Part shown: positions 30,088-40,720 of the stretch, in pieces
Layout of the letters: each line of letters begins with the position of its first letter
Numbering within the stretch: the stretch's first letter is position 1
Origin: a virus
Taxonomy: Duplodnaviria > Heunggongvirae > Uroviricota > Caudoviricetes
IMG/VR virus record: IMGVR_UViG_3300026488_000246
Span: 83,463 to 147,462 of that record
DNA length: 64,000 nucleotides
Direction: 5' to 3' (one strand)
Notes under the pieces: generated by a model
The model's database searches: none
Told to the model about the DNA's origin: nothing
The model's input: only the letters and a program-made list of their open reading frames with translations
Position numbers and translations under genes: made by a program

Positions 30088-30444
30088 ATGAAACGGATAA
30101 CAGTCCTTATTTCTTTATTTTTCGCAATCACAAGCCATGCTTTCACAATGCAAGATTATGCTAAAATGGCTAGAAACCTCGTTAGACACGACCTTAACAT
30201 CTGTATTGAAAACGAAACTGCTGCTATGTGTGTATGTTATTTCTTATCAAACTGGTATTGTGATACATCAGAATATGATCGTTGTAGAAATGTTTATGCT
30301 ACGTTGTTAATGAGAATCTGCGAAGACAGAAATGATGGTAATTGCTCTGCTGTATATGGCCAAACAGAAAGAATATGCGAGCAAGAAGTTCAAAGAAAGC
30401 TTCTAAGAATCATGTTGAATGATCGAAATAACAAGGATTTTTGA
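30088..30444 (+). CDS. secreted Cys-rich protein
   Basis: RBS AGGGAGGG. Signal-peptide-like ITVLISLFFAITSHA. Nine Cys residues. Confidence 0.5.
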   Translation: MKRITVLISLFFAITSHAFTMQDYAKMARNLVRHDLNICIENETAAMCVCYFLSNWYCDTSEYDRCRNVYATLLMRICEDRNDGNCSAVYGQTERICEQEVQRKLLRIMLNDRNNKDF

Positions 30445-30469
30445 ATCTACGTGGACGAGAGAGAGATAT

Positions 30470-30506
30470 GGCTCCAGGACCACTATTAGATCCTGGAGCC
30501 TTTTTA
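30470..30506. terminator. bidirectional terminator
   Basis: GGCTCCAGGA ... TCCTGGAGCC, then TTTTT. Confidence 0.7.
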
Positions 30507-30523
30507 TCAACATCTTTTTTTTG

Positions 30524-30982
30524 CTATGTATGCAATCTTAAAGCTTTAATTAGTTTCTTAATAGCATCTTCTGTAATGTAATCTTTCTTAGAAGCTTCTA
30601 CAGACTCTTTGAGGTGTTTCTTTTCAATTCCTTCTGTATCCATCTGTCTCAATACTTTCTGAAGAATCTTAAGATTATCAAGAGCTAATGCTATGTAATC
30701 AAGAGTTACAGACCAAGCATTAAACACCTTTTCTTCAGGTGACTTTCCAGGCATTCTTCTCCATACACGGCCAACATAAGTTTTAGCCATGTCTTTCATC
30801 ATACCAAATGCAAATCCTTCACGATCCTTCTTAAGATTCTGTTTTAATTCTTTAAAGAAAGCATAGAAATCTTCAAATTTCTTGATAGCATACTTTCTTG
30901 CAAATTTAGTCATAGACCCATCTGACTTGACCATACATAGAGTAAGAAATGCTTTCAATCTTTGGTATTCCTTTTGAGTCAT
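30524..30982 (-). CDS. hypothetical protein
   Basis: RBS GAGGA. Confidence 0.6.
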   Translation of the reverse strand: MTQKEYQRLKAFLTLCMVKSDGSMTKFARKYAIKKFEDFYAFFKELKQNLKKDREGFAFGMMKDMAKTYVGRVWRRMPGKSPEEKVFNAWSVTLDYIALALDNLKILQKVLRQMDTEGIEKKHLKESVEASKKDYITEDAIKKLIKALRLHT

Positions 30983-31028
30983 AGTTAGTTATCCTCATTT
31001 TATTTTTCTAACGTTATCATAAGCTGTT

Positions 31029-32357
31029 CTATTCACAATAAATCTCTTTGAATGCTTGTTGCCATCTATCAGGTTTTGCAAGCTTTAAATCAATAGCTGC
31101 TTCAAAGGTTCTGAAATCAATTTCTAAAGATGGACATTTCTTTTGCACATCTTTGAGGAATGAAAGTACTTCAAGTTTTACGTTTCTTTCAACATTAGGA
31201 GCTACATAATCTATAAGCTTTTCAATGATTTTCACAATCTTTTCTGATGTAAAGTCTATCCTAACTGGATAGAATCTTGAAAGTAAAGCTTTTGGAATAT
31301 CTTTCTTTTGCTTATTTGTAATGAGGATTACTTTAGAAGTAAACACAAATCTTTCAGGTACTAACCAACTAGAAGATCCTTGTGTTGATGCAAACTGAGC
31401 TTGTGGGAATGTAATGATCCTTTTCTTATAAGAATCTGCAGCTGCTTTAAGAATGTTAACAACATCTTCATCTTTAAGTATTGTATCAAAATCATCAAAG
31501 ACAATAACATATCCAGAATTGTACTTATACAAGATATGTATAACGTCCCTTAAAGTCATTGTAGCACCTTTGAAAGTTACATGCTTAACCTTATTGAAAT
31601 ATAGAGTCCTTCTAACTACATAAGATTTTCCTGTCCCAGGTCTTCCATAAACTAATACACCATTAAGATGATCTGATGTTGTTAAAGTTTCAATAGCATC
31701 AATAAGATCTGCATATTCTTCTAAAGCTGGTTTATGCTTTGATTGTCCTTTGAAAATTTCTTTGTCAATTTGAGATTCTACAACTTGTGCTTTCTTTTCG
31801 GCTAACCATAAAGCAAATGTTTTCCAATAGAAAACAAGTATAACCATAAGAGGAATCAAATAAGCTGTAAAGATTGTAATCACTTGACCTTTTGGAGTTT
31901 GCATAAATTCAATTATCTTCAATGCTAATCTGTCAAGAAAACCTTGTTTCTCATCATCAGATGGATTATCAAATTGAAGATTTGGTAGATCTGCAGATTC
32001 TTTTAGAATCCTTTTCTTAATTTTAGGAAGCACAGCAGCATAAAGTAGAATCAGTTTCGCAAATTCATCAGTTGTAGCGTGTTTCTTTGGTTTGGTAACT
32101 ACAACTGATTTGTTTCTTTTAAGAGTCTTCTTGTTTAACCATTCAGCTCCTACAAGCTTAACTTCTTTACCTTCTACATAGACATACAGTCTTCCATATT
32201 TGTTACCATCTACTTCAATCATAAAAGTATCAAAGGAATATGATCTTTTCTTGACAACAAGCTCTCTCTTACCAAGATATTTAATCCTTACTGTTGAGTT
32301 TGGAATCTTAATCCAACCTTTGGATTGTTTAAGTTTTGAATAAAGATTTTTGCTCAT
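31029..32357 (-). CDS. membrane-anchored P-loop ATPase (AAA-like)
   Basis: Walker A VLVYGRPGTGKSY. Walker B VIVFDDFD. TM helix VITIFTAYLIPLMVILVFYW. Confidence 0.55.
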   Translation of the reverse strand: MSKNLYSKLKQSKGWIKIPNSTVRIKYLGKRELVVKKRSYSFDTFMIEVDGNKYGRLYVYVEGKEVKLVGAEWLNKKTLKRNKSVVVTKPKKHATTDEFAKLILLYAAVLPKIKKRILKESADLPNLQFDNPSDDEKQGFLDRLALKIIEFMQTPKGQVITIFTAYLIPLMVILVFYWKTFALWLAEKKAQVVESQIDKEIFKGQSKHKPALEEYADLIDAIETLTTSDHLNGVLVYGRPGTGKSYVVRRTLYFNKVKHVTFKGATMTLRDVIHILYKYNSGYVIVFDDFDTILKDEDVVNILKAAADSYKKRIITFPQAQFASTQGSSSWLVPERFVFTSKVILITNKQKKDIPKALLSRFYPVRIDFTSEKIVKIIEKLIDYVAPNVERNVKLEVLSFLKDVQKKCPSLEIDFRTFEAAIDLKLAKPDRWQQAFKEIYCE

Positions 32358-32364
32358 TATTGCA

Positions 32365-32886
32365 TTAATCCTCCTCGTTTTCAAGAGATAATGTCAAATC
32401 TTTTACTTTAGGAACTCGTTTTGGTTCTTCAACCATTTCTTTCTTAAGTTTAGCTATCTTTTCAACAACTTTTGTTTGAGCAGCAACAGTTGTTATCTTT
32501 TCAACAGATCTTGCTCCTATGTAACCTGTAAGACCATATTTGATTAGCTCCCATACGTGATCTGGAAGATTCAAGATTGGTACATGCAATCCAAATGCTT
32601 GTCCATATGGTACAAGAATATAGTTGTTAGCTATAATGAATACAAAAACAAGCATAGTTATTGGTCTCCAGTTTCTTTGCAACCAACTATGACCTGTTGC
32701 TTCTGATACAATGATATCTGCTTGGCTTTTCAATAGCTGTTGCTCAAGTTTAGCTACATTTTGCATATACTCTCTTTGAATTTCTAATGAAAGTTTTTGT
32801 TTTAAAGCTTTATCTTGTACATGTTTGTCAATGATATCTAGAATTTTTGATCCAAGTGCCATCAATCCTGGAACAATGTTGACCAT
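32365..32886 (-). CDS. membrane protein, possible holin-like
   Basis: TM segment ITMLVFVFIIANNYILVPY. Coiled-coil N-terminus. Lies in the lysis neighbourhood. Confidence 0.3.
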   Translation of the reverse strand: MVNIVPGLMALGSKILDIIDKHVQDKALKQKLSLEIQREYMQNVAKLEQQLLKSQADIIVSEATGHSWLQRNWRPITMLVFVFIIANNYILVPYGQAFGLHVPILNLPDHVWELIKYGLTGYIGARSVEKITTVAAQTKVVEKIAKLKKEMVEEPKRVPKVKDLTLSLENEED

Positions 32887-32889
32887 ACT

Positions 32890-33395
32890 TAATATCCTCT
32901 TGCTCTAAGGTTCAATAACAGTTCACTAACAAATAGAGGTCAATCTATTAGCAATGTCTAATCTAATGAACACTGTGCTTGGAGCATATGCAAAATTCAA
33001 TTGTTTCTAATCACCATAAAAACTATGCATAAACTGAATAATCATTGTTGAATCATATCAGTATCAAAAATGGTAACCGTTTCATTTTAACGTGGTTTAC
33101 CTGTATATATCCTATAGTATTCATGAAAAATGAAAATAAAAGAATCAAGAAATCAGTAATGCAATAACCATTCCAAGCAACAATGAATTTACATCAACAT
33201 TCAATTATATTGAAGAAACAACATTAACCAAGCTTAAGAATTGTATCATCATTGAAAGTTACATTGATTATGATAATTCAAGTTTAGTTTTTAGAATATG
33301 CATAAAGAAATGAAAACAACAAAGGATATAACATCAGTATCAACAATGGTTGCTAGCTTATATGAAGTTGTACTACATTGAATCAACAATGAAGT
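32890..33395. repeat. 505-bp AT-rich noncoding region with iteron-like ATCAACAATG repeats
   Basis: CAACAATG occurs 3 times directly and once inverted (TCATTGTTG). CATATCAGTATCAAAAATGG at 33052 repeats as CATCAGTATCAACAATGG at 33326. Confidence 0.4.
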
Positions 33396-35282
33396 TTATG
33401 CAGCTATTGGTCGAGAATATGCATTGATTGGTTGAATCAGACTTCGGATTACATCAACTATGAAAGCAACGGAATCTATCTGCATGAACCACAGTTTGTA
33501 AAGAAGCTTATATCTATGCTGTTTCGACATCGGTTTGATTCCTTTTGGAAGATGCATAAGCTTGAGTATGTAGTCTCTTGACTTCCAGCATGAAACAGCA
33601 TTAGCAAAAATGAAGCTTCTTACATTATCAACAACATCTTTAATGTTGTGCTCTTCATAGTATGCTTGGAGTTTATCTGAAAGTACGTCTAAAGCTTCTT
33701 TAACGAGATCTTTGTCTCCTTCTCTAAGTGTGTATATGAAAAGCATTTTGAAACATTCGTCCTTAACCACTCTACCTTCAATCTTCTCATGTACTTTACC
33801 TTCATTGAGAATTTTACCAAGAGCATATATGGTGAAATGCTTTTGAGTTGCATTCCATGCTAATGATTGTCTTAACATAGAGTAAACTTCAAAAGGCATT
33901 CTTATGGTAAGCCTTTTATAGGTTGTGTAAGTTGTCATATCTGTGTAGAGCTCTTTTTCAACAGAAATTAAACCAGCTTTCTCAAATTCTTCAAGATGCA
34001 TGCTTATTGCTCTATGAGACAAAGGAGTTTTACCACCTTTGAATGCATTAAGGAAGCTATGAAATTCTTTAATTGTGTTAAACTTGAAAACAAATTCTTG
34101 TGATTCAGCATCATAGGTGCATACGTCATTTCTCAATGTTAAAGCAAGAAGAGTAACAGCAATGATTTGTTTAACTTCATAGCTTGTGGGTCTCTTTTCT
34201 GAGAGCCTTTTAGGCTTGACAATAACTATATCAGAACTATCAGAATCTTCAACAAACTGAGAAAGATCAAGCTTATAGTTGAAGTGATTCTTTAGGTAAA
34301 GTTTAAGAGTTGGAATGCCATAATAAGTTGTCCTGTTGACAATATACTTGAGAGGATCAAACCTTTTCTTCCTTTCCTCGTCGTCCTGAGGTATAATAGA
34401 CTCAAGAGCTTGTCTGACTTTTTCAACGTCCTCTTTGAAATGTCTATAGAGAACACCTGTTATGATCATTGAAAGGTTCTGTCTATGACCTTTAACCCAG
34501 AACCTTTCAGCTATAAACTTACATAATTCAAAAGCTCTGAGTCTATTATTTAAACAATGAATCTCATACTCACGCTTTATATGGAAGAAGCATGAGTTAT
34601 GAGACTTTTCATCAACGAGCTCTTCTACGAGAGCCCTAAGTAGCTCAATGGGGTCGAGGTCAAGCTCTTTTGCAAGTTGAAAGATGTCAACAGATTTTTC
34701 AGCATGCTTGACCCTTACATAGAATTTCCTTCCGATGCCAAGCCTTGGCATCCTGAAAGGATGGTTAATATGAGTTGAAGTTGCAGGGTCAGCATTAAGG
34801 ACCCTTGCAAGCTCTTTATGAATTTTTGATAAGAACAAATCATGAACCTTGGCCCATTGAGCTACGGGCTCAAGGTAACTAGCTATTGTTGCCTCTATTG
34901 AGGAGCTTTGATTTTCGATTAAGTATTTCAGCCCCTCGTAGCTGACACCTTCTTTTAAGTTTACGAACACATGAAGGTGACCATTGTTTGGATTTTTATC
35001 AATGGTCATGTAGGGTTGGCTTTGGCTCCTTTGGGAGTCTATATCGAATCCTAATGTCTCCCAAAGTAGGATGTTGTTGGTTGATCTTACGTAGAGGTTG
35101 GGGCATGCTACTGCTTCCCAGCCTCTACCAATTTCCCAACCCTGTCTTATTGGAAGTATCTTACCGGATTTGATATATCCGGATATTTTTCCAGTTGCGT
35201 AGACGGTTTTTGGTTTTTTGGGCTTGGGTTCTTTTTGGACCTGAGCCCTCACTTTTTGTCCGATTACGTTCTTCTTTTCCAT
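33396..35282 (-). CDS. putative primase-polymerase (AEP superfamily) replication protein
   Basis: AEP motif I LGFDID. Motif II NGHLHVFVN. RBS AGGAGGG. Confidence 0.45.
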   Translation of the reverse strand: MEKKNVIGQKVRAQVQKEPKPKKPKTVYATGKISGYIKSGKILPIRQGWEIGRGWEAVACPNLYVRSTNNILLWETLGFDIDSQRSQSQPYMTIDKNPNNGHLHVFVNLKEGVSYEGLKYLIENQSSSIEATIASYLEPVAQWAKVHDLFLSKIHKELARVLNADPATSTHINHPFRMPRLGIGRKFYVRVKHAEKSVDIFQLAKELDLDPIELLRALVEELVDEKSHNSCFFHIKREYEIHCLNNRLRAFELCKFIAERFWVKGHRQNLSMIITGVLYRHFKEDVEKVRQALESIIPQDDEERKKRFDPLKYIVNRTTYYGIPTLKLYLKNHFNYKLDLSQFVEDSDSSDIVIVKPKRLSEKRPTSYEVKQIIAVTLLALTLRNDVCTYDAESQEFVFKFNTIKEFHSFLNAFKGGKTPLSHRAISMHLEEFEKAGLISVEKELYTDMTTYTTYKRLTIRMPFEVYSMLRQSLAWNATQKHFTIYALGKILNEGKVHEKIEGRVVKDECFKMLFIYTLREGDKDLVKEALDVLSDKLQAYYEEHNIKDVVDNVRSFIFANAVSCWKSRDYILKLMHLPKGIKPMSKQHRYKLLYKLWFMQIDSVAFIVDVIRSLIQPINAYSRPIAA

Positions 35283-35601
35283 AGCACTTCCCTCCTATTT
35301 CAGATTTTTTTCAAGTTTGAATAATAGCTCAAACGTTTTAACAGATGATTATCAAGTTTCAAAAGAGTATTTTAAGAAAACAAACCTTACAAAAAAAAAA
35401 ACGTAACCGCCTACGCAAACTGGTGATACTTCCAACAAGGTTGGGAACCAACAACATCCTGGGAGCCAACCCTAATGAACCTTCATGTGTTCATCAATAA
35501 GGTGCCAGCATCTTGAGGCAACAATAGCATGTGGGTAAACATTTCCCACATATTTTTGTGTTCTAATAGTGGGGTGGCTAAGAAAGTACCACCCCCAAAA
35601 A

Positions 35602-36168
35602 CTATGACTTGAAATCTCCAACTTTCTTTGCACCTAGTGAAAGCAATAAATCTTCAAACAAATCAGGAGACATTTTCCAACAAGGAACGTCTTCTGATAT
35701 CTTACCAATAAACTTCAGGCATAAACATTCCTTTTCACTACAGAATAAGTAGCCATTTCTTTTAAGTTTGAATGGAATTACAAATGATACGATAGCTTTC
35801 CAATCATAAGGAATTCCTAGGTAAGCACATGTATGTTGAAAATCAAGAGCTTTCTGATATTGAGTTCTGTTAACTTCTAATTCATAAACTGTAAATGGTG
35901 TTCCTGGTGTATGGTTATGAAGACTTGAATAGATAACACGAGTTTTCCATAAAGGTTCACCTTTTGGTGTCCAAGCTTCAATAATAGATTGTGGTTTATA
36001 TAAGCTTTCAACTGTTCCATCAAAAATTTCTGGATTGATGAAGAATGCATGACTTCTTTTACTTCTTGTCCAAAATTTGATTAAGGTAGAAGTCCAAGAA
36101 AGTCCAGACTCCAAACCAAAGTAAAGTTTTCTTCTCATAGTTTTTGTTCCCAGAAATGGTTCTACCAT
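35602..36168 (-). CDS. hypothetical protein
   Basis: ORF; start TTG or ATG. Confidence 0.5.
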   Translation of the reverse strand: MVEPFLGTKTMRRKLYFGLESGLSWTSTLIKFWTRSKRSHAFFINPEIFDGTVESLYKPQSIIEAWTPKGEPLWKTRVIYSSLHNHTPGTPFTVYELEVNRTQYQKALDFQHTCAYLGIPYDWKAIVSFVIPFKLKRNGYLFCSEKECLCLKFIGKISEDVPCWKMSPDLFEDLLLSLGAKKVGDFKS

Positions 36169-36566
36169 ATGCAATCACTAATCAATGATATAGTATAGTT
36201 TCCTGATGAATCTTCTTGTACTATTTTTAGATACTTAACAGGGATCCATGTGTCTAATGTATAAGTATAGTCACCATTACTAGGAATAGTAACTTTTAGA
36301 GGTTTAGGTGTATCATGTATGGAATCACCACTATCAGATCTATAGTAGATGCAATAAGGATACCAATTTTCACCATCAACAGAAACAAGCAATGATAATT
36401 CACCTATTGATGAGCTCAATCCTTCTGCATGAATTTGCATACCAATCATTGATAATTTTGGTAGTTTAGCAATTACTTCTGTATTATCGTTTTTGATGAT
36501 TTCTATACTTTCGACAAAAGTGGACTGCCAAGCACTCCCTATATCTGGTAGCTCAAGATGTATCAT
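36162..36566 (-). CDS. hypothetical protein (start uncertain, may extend to 36614)
   Basis: Internal ATG preceded by AAGGAGG. Confidence 0.45.
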   Translation of the reverse strand: MIHLELPDIGSAWQSTFVESIEIIKNDNTEVIAKLPKLSMIGMQIHAEGLSSSIGELSLLVSVDGENWYPYCIYYRSDSGDSIHDTPKPLKVTIPSNGDYTYTLDTWIPVKYLKIVQEDSSGNYTISLISDCIW

Positions 36567-36693
36567 AACAGTCATATCCTCCTTTGTTTGTTCAACAATA
36601 AGTTCGAGAAACATTTATATTTTTCTGATGGGAGGGCCAACTGGCCCTCCTAGCAAGGTGAGGTTGGGGAGGAGTCATTTTATTGCTCAAAAG

Positions 36694-36721
36694 AATCATT
36701 TATATAAAACTGGTAGAAAGC
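36694..36721 (+). promoter_or_regulatory. promoter-like motif B
   Basis: AATCATTTATATAAAACTGGTAGAAAGC. Confidence 0.45.
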
Positions 36722-36748
36722 AAAATTATTTCTTGAAGGAGGTGTAAG

Positions 36749-37117
36749 ATGATTAAGAAATTCGATCATGGAGCAGACAGCATTCATGAAGCTCTTGGTT
36801 ATCCAAGTCAACGTAAGTTTATGCAATGGTTAAAGTCTACATTCACAGGTATTGATTTTGGTGACCCTCAAGGTCTTACCGATGATCAAATGCTTGCAGT
36901 TGCTGTTACTATTACAAAAAATCTTTCAGATTTTCTAACCGTTACAGATGCTGAGAGGATTGAACCTATTATCAATATGGCAGCAAAATCTCAGATAATT
37001 GAGATTCTTTATGAAACTATGAAAGAAGATCCAGTTTTCAGAGCTTATGCATTAGGATTTTTAGCAACTAGAATGAATTGTCCGAAGTTTCTGGTTCAAG
37101 ATTTGTTTGAAAAATAA
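36749..37117 (+). CDS. hypothetical protein
   Basis: RBS AAGGAGGTG. Confidence 0.65.
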   Translation: MIKKFDHGADSIHEALGYPSQRKFMQWLKSTFTGIDFGDPQGLTDDQMLAVAVTITKNLSDFLTVTDAERIEPIINMAAKSQIIEILYETMKEDPVFRAYALGFLATRMNCPKFLVQDLFEK

Positions 37118-37134
37118 ACAATGGAGGTCAAGAT

Positions 37135-37326
37135 ATGGAAGAAAGGATTAGAGAACTTGTAAGAAGGTTTCTTGTAGAAGATACAGAAGTACCATCTATG
37201 CTAAAACAATTGATCGAGAAACAGTATGAGAAAGGATACTTCAACAGCTTCCTTGATTTCGCCAAAGATGAACCAGAAGAGGCAGAAGAGTTTTTAAATA
37301 AGTTGGAAACATATCTCTTTGATTGA
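37135..37326 (+). CDS. small acidic protein
   Basis: RBS GGAGG. Followed by a hairpin at 37337-37368. Confidence 0.5.
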   Translation: MEERIRELVRRFLVEDTEVPSMLKQLIEKQYEKGYFNSFLDFAKDEPEEAEEFLNKLETYLFD

Positions 37327-37392
37327 AAACCTAGAGAGAGGAGAGTCATTTTCGGCTCTCCTCACAATCTACAAGCTTAAGAGAGGTGAGAT

Positions 37393-38319
37393 ATGGAAGA
37401 ATTCTATCGATTCCTTGAACTTGACCAAGAAGGCGTTCCTTATGAATTCTTTCGAGATGTCATAAGAGACGTATACGACTCTCTTTTTCGAGAAAATAAC
37501 ATATTCGTTCAACCTAAGTACTATTGGAGTTCAGAGTATGACAGATTATGGAATATTTGCCTATATTTTTCTGATCCGAAAAGACGTCAGTTAATTATAG
37601 ATCTATATCATAAACCAACAGAGGTTCTTAAACTTACTGGACCTTACCATCCGTTATGGTATATGTCTGTAAGAATTGGGCGACGTCAACCAATTCTTAA
37701 GTTTGTATTGCAAAATGAAGTTAATGAAGGATACTTTGTCTCCCTTTCTGAATTGAGAGAATTTCTTTCAAACGTTTATCAGCATATAACTCAAATACGT
37801 CAACAATTGTCAATTGATGATCTAGATGAACCTAAAGAGTTTCGTTTAGTTTGTGAATATAGTCCTGAATATAACATTTGCTATTGGAAACTCGATCTGC
37901 CAGTTTTACCAGAACTAAGTTACTTCCTAATTGAATCTAATCACTATAAGTATGATTTTGCAATGGTTTACCCTAGGATTTTTCATGTTGCACGATACTC
38001 AATGGAAACTTACTACATTTTGAATGATATGCTAGTATACTTAACGAACCAAAAAGCAGTTTTCGATTTCAAACATCTCAGATATGAATTGGAAAACATA
38101 GAGAAACTGATTAACTTTGTTAACAATCTTGATAAAATTGCAGATACTACATCATCCATACCCTATATCTTACGAGAGATTTTCTACAATAGTAAACTTT
38201 ACATATACGATGATGATAGTAAGAAGGTTTATCAACTTTATCTACATGCAAGAAAGCGTTATGTTCAGCGAATAAGTTATAACCGCTTTACTGAAATGAT
38301 TATAGAACGTACGCTCTAA
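37393..38319 (+). CDS. hypothetical protein
   Basis: RBS GAGAGGTG. Confidence 0.65.
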   Translation: MEEFYRFLELDQEGVPYEFFRDVIRDVYDSLFRENNIFVQPKYYWSSEYDRLWNICLYFSDPKRRQLIIDLYHKPTEVLKLTGPYHPLWYMSVRIGRRQPILKFVLQNEVNEGYFVSLSELREFLSNVYQHITQIRQQLSIDDLDEPKEFRLVCEYSPEYNICYWKLDLPVLPELSYFLIESNHYKYDFAMVYPRIFHVARYSMETYYILNDMLVYLTNQKAVFDFKHLRYELENIEKLINFVNNLDKIADTTSSIPYILREIFYNSKLYIYDDDSKKVYQLYLHARKRYVQRISYNRFTEMIIERTL

Positions 38320-38345
38320 GTAAGGCCATATAAGGAGGTAAATAA

Positions 38346-38756
38346 ATGTCAACAAAAACTCCTTTCTTAACAACAGATAACTTAGAAACAACCTTAAAAG
38401 ATATACTACAAGTTCCATACATCATCAATATACTTATATCAGGAGCACCTGGTATTGGTAAATCTGAAATCACATATCAAGTAGCAAAAGACTTAGATCT
38501 AAAAGTTTTTGAAGTTAGACTTTACGAAGAAGGAGAAACTGCTGTAGGTTTACCAAAGCTTAACGAAGAAACTACTGAATTTAGCAAACCATGGTGGTTT
38601 AAAGACTTGGAACAAGGTGATTATGATATACTCTTTCTTGATGACTTTCACCTTGTTCCAGCAACATTACAAAGCTATTTATATAGATTCTTAACTGATA
38701 GAACTTTGCATAACTATAAGCTTAACAAGAATATCTTGCTCCATATTGTAACATAA
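38346..38756 (+). pseudogene. truncated paralog of the MoxR-like AAA ATPase (62513..63583), ending at the IS607 insertion
   Basis: Collinear with the intact paralog (ISGAPGIGKSEITYQV...LFLDDFHLVP...SYLYRFLT) up to residue 136. Stops 30 nt before tnpA. Confidence 0.55.
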
Positions 38757-38787
38757 TATGAAAAATAGAACTAAATTTGGAGGACTC

Positions 38788-39450
38788 ATGTATACACTAG
38801 AAGAATTTTCAAAACTTACAGGATTGAGCAAAGATACATTAAGACAATACGACAAAATTCTTCAACCTTATCGTACTCCAGGAGGTCATAGAAGATATAC
38901 AGATGAGCATCTTGCAAAACTTTATCAGTTAAACATGATTAACAAAGATCATAAGATTCAAGCCATAGTTTATGCTAGAGTTTCCACAAAATCTCAACTA
39001 AAAGATCTCAAAAGACAAGTTGAAGCTTTACTTTCATTTGCTTCAAGTAAAGGCATCATAGTTGACGAAATAATACAAGATATTGGTAGCAGCATAAACT
39101 TTTCCAGACCAGGTCTTGAAAAACTTATAAGACTTCTTTTAATGAGGAAACCTGAGTATCTGATAGTTGCAACAAGAGACAGACTAACAAGAATTGGGTT
39201 TGAAATCTTTGAGCAAATATGTAAAACAACGGGTACAAAATTGCTGATCCTGTACGATGATTTGCAAGCTGACGATTATGATCCAGTTAAGAAAACTGTT
39301 GAAGAGTTAGTTCATATTGTTCATCTGTATGCAATGAAACTTTATGGACAAAGAAGTTACAAAAAGATCAAGCAACTTGAAAATGAGGTGCTTAAGAATG
39401 TATCAGGTTTTGACGATTCGAATCAAAGGGAAGAAGAAACGAATTCTTAA
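38788..39450 (+). CDS. tnpA: IS607-type serine recombinase/resolvase (MerR-like HTH N-terminus)
   Basis: RBS GGAGGA. Catalytic region YARVSTKSQ. HTH region EEFSKLTGLSKDTLRQY. Confidence 0.7.
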   Translation: MYTLEEFSKLTGLSKDTLRQYDKILQPYRTPGGHRRYTDEHLAKLYQLNMINKDHKIQAIVYARVSTKSQLKDLKRQVEALLSFASSKGIIVDEIIQDIGSSINFSRPGLEKLIRLLLMRKPEYLIVATRDRLTRIGFEIFEQICKTTGTKLLILYDDLQADDYDPVKKTVEELVHIVHLYAMKLYGQRSYKKIKQLENEVLKNVSGFDDSNQREEETNS

Positions 39451-40720
39451 AGAATTCATGGAAACAGTGTTCTCACTTAGAATCAAACTGTTCAGATTCT
39501 TATCACGATTGGCAGATGAGTCTCATCTGCCAATCTTCTTCAATACTTACAAACTAGAGAAATTCTTTGCTAGAAACCCAAAGGTTGATAAGCTTGATTA
39601 CGACTTGTATTCTTTTATAGAAAGACATTATTACACAGAATGGTGGAAGTTGCTTTACGAATTGCGTCAATTACCACAAATGGTTGTTTATGGTTTAGTT
39701 AGACAATGGGTGCAAGCTTTCAAATCTTGCATTACTAAGAGAAAACAAGGTTTAAAAGCTTCTTTACCTGGAGTACGCAAACCAAATAGCATAGCAATTG
39801 ACATTGATGGTTTACTACTAGAAGTTGATAATTCCTTGGTAACGCTAAAACTTTCAAGATGTTTAAAGTTACATTGGAAGATACCAGATAACATAGAAAA
39901 CGTTACATCGTGTCAAATTGTGTATTTCAGATACATTGATGAATTAGAATTAAGAATTCGTTATCAGATCCAACCAGAATCAGCAAATGTTAGCTTACAA
40001 AACTGGCTTTCAATCGACTTAGGAGTAAATAACTTAGTAAGTGCTATTTCGAATACTGGACCAAGCTTTATCATATCATCAGGATGGATTACATCTCTTT
40101 TGAACTGGGCATACGATAAGATTTCAATATCTCAATCTTTCGGATTTGAGAAAATGAGAAAACGAATCTATGCATACTTAAAACGACGCATACATACTAA
40201 TCTCCATCAACTTACATCAAAGATAATTGAATATTGTTTACAATACTCAATTGGTGTGATATTCATAGGTCAGAATGTGATTGATTCTATAAGAAACTCC
40301 AAACAAAACAAATCTATCTCAAAACAGTTAAGATGGATATTAGGCAAACTACCATTTGGAAAGTTTGTACAGATGCTTAAAGCTAAAGCTGAAAAATTTG
40401 GCATACAAGTACAACTTGTTAATGAATCTTATACATCCAAAGCATCTGCATTAGATGACGAACCTATTAAACAAGAAACATATTCGATCAAAAGAATTCA
40501 AAGAGGATTAGTTAAGTCAGATAAGAATGAAGTCTGGAATGCTGATCTTAATGCTTGTTTAAACATTGCTAAGAAAGCAAAGGTACTTTCAAGTACCGAA
40601 GTGAAACAAAACAGACATTTTTGGTTAAGAAAACTTTCTAACACATTGAAATTCACATTTGGAAAACTCTTGAAATACAGCTGGTGTAACCAACCATATT
40701 GGTTGGTAGCCAGTAGTTGA
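39398..40720 (+). CDS. tnpB: TnpB (RuvC-like RNA-guided nuclease family, IS200/IS605/IS607 OrfB)
   Basis: N-terminus MYQVLTIRIKG. RuvC-III motif NADLNACLNIAKKA. Zn-finger region present. Confidence 0.7.
   Translation: MYQVLTIRIKGKKKRILKEFMETVFSLRIKLFRFLSRLADESHLPIFFNTYKLEKFFARNPKVDKLDYDLYSFIERHYYTEWWKLLYELRQLPQMVVYGLVRQWVQAFKSCITKRKQGLKASLPGVRKPNSIAIDIDGLLLEVDNSLVTLKLSRCLKLHWKIPDNIENVTSCQIVYFRYIDELELRIRYQIQPESANVSLQNWLSIDLGVNNLVSAISNTGPSFIISSGWITSLLNWAYDKISISQSFGFEKMRKRIYAYLKRRIHTNLHQLTSKIIEYCLQYSIGVIFIGQNVIDSIRNSKQNKSISKQLRWILGKLPFGKFVQMLKAKAEKFGIQVQLVNESYTSKASALDDEPIKQETYSIKRIQRGLVKSDKNEVWNADLNACLNIAKKAKVLSSTEVKQNRHFWLRKLSNTLKFTFGKLLKYSWCNQPYWLVASS

Noticed and set aside
35400-35520. Possible tRNA or small RNA in the 320-bp intergenic region
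   Set aside because: No cloverleaf with conserved T-loop or D-loop elements could be folded by eye. Only terminator-like hairpins are present (GGGGTGG...CCACCCC).
39688-39894. 68-aa minus-strand ORF
   Set aside because: It lies inside tnpB on the opposite strand. Spurious.
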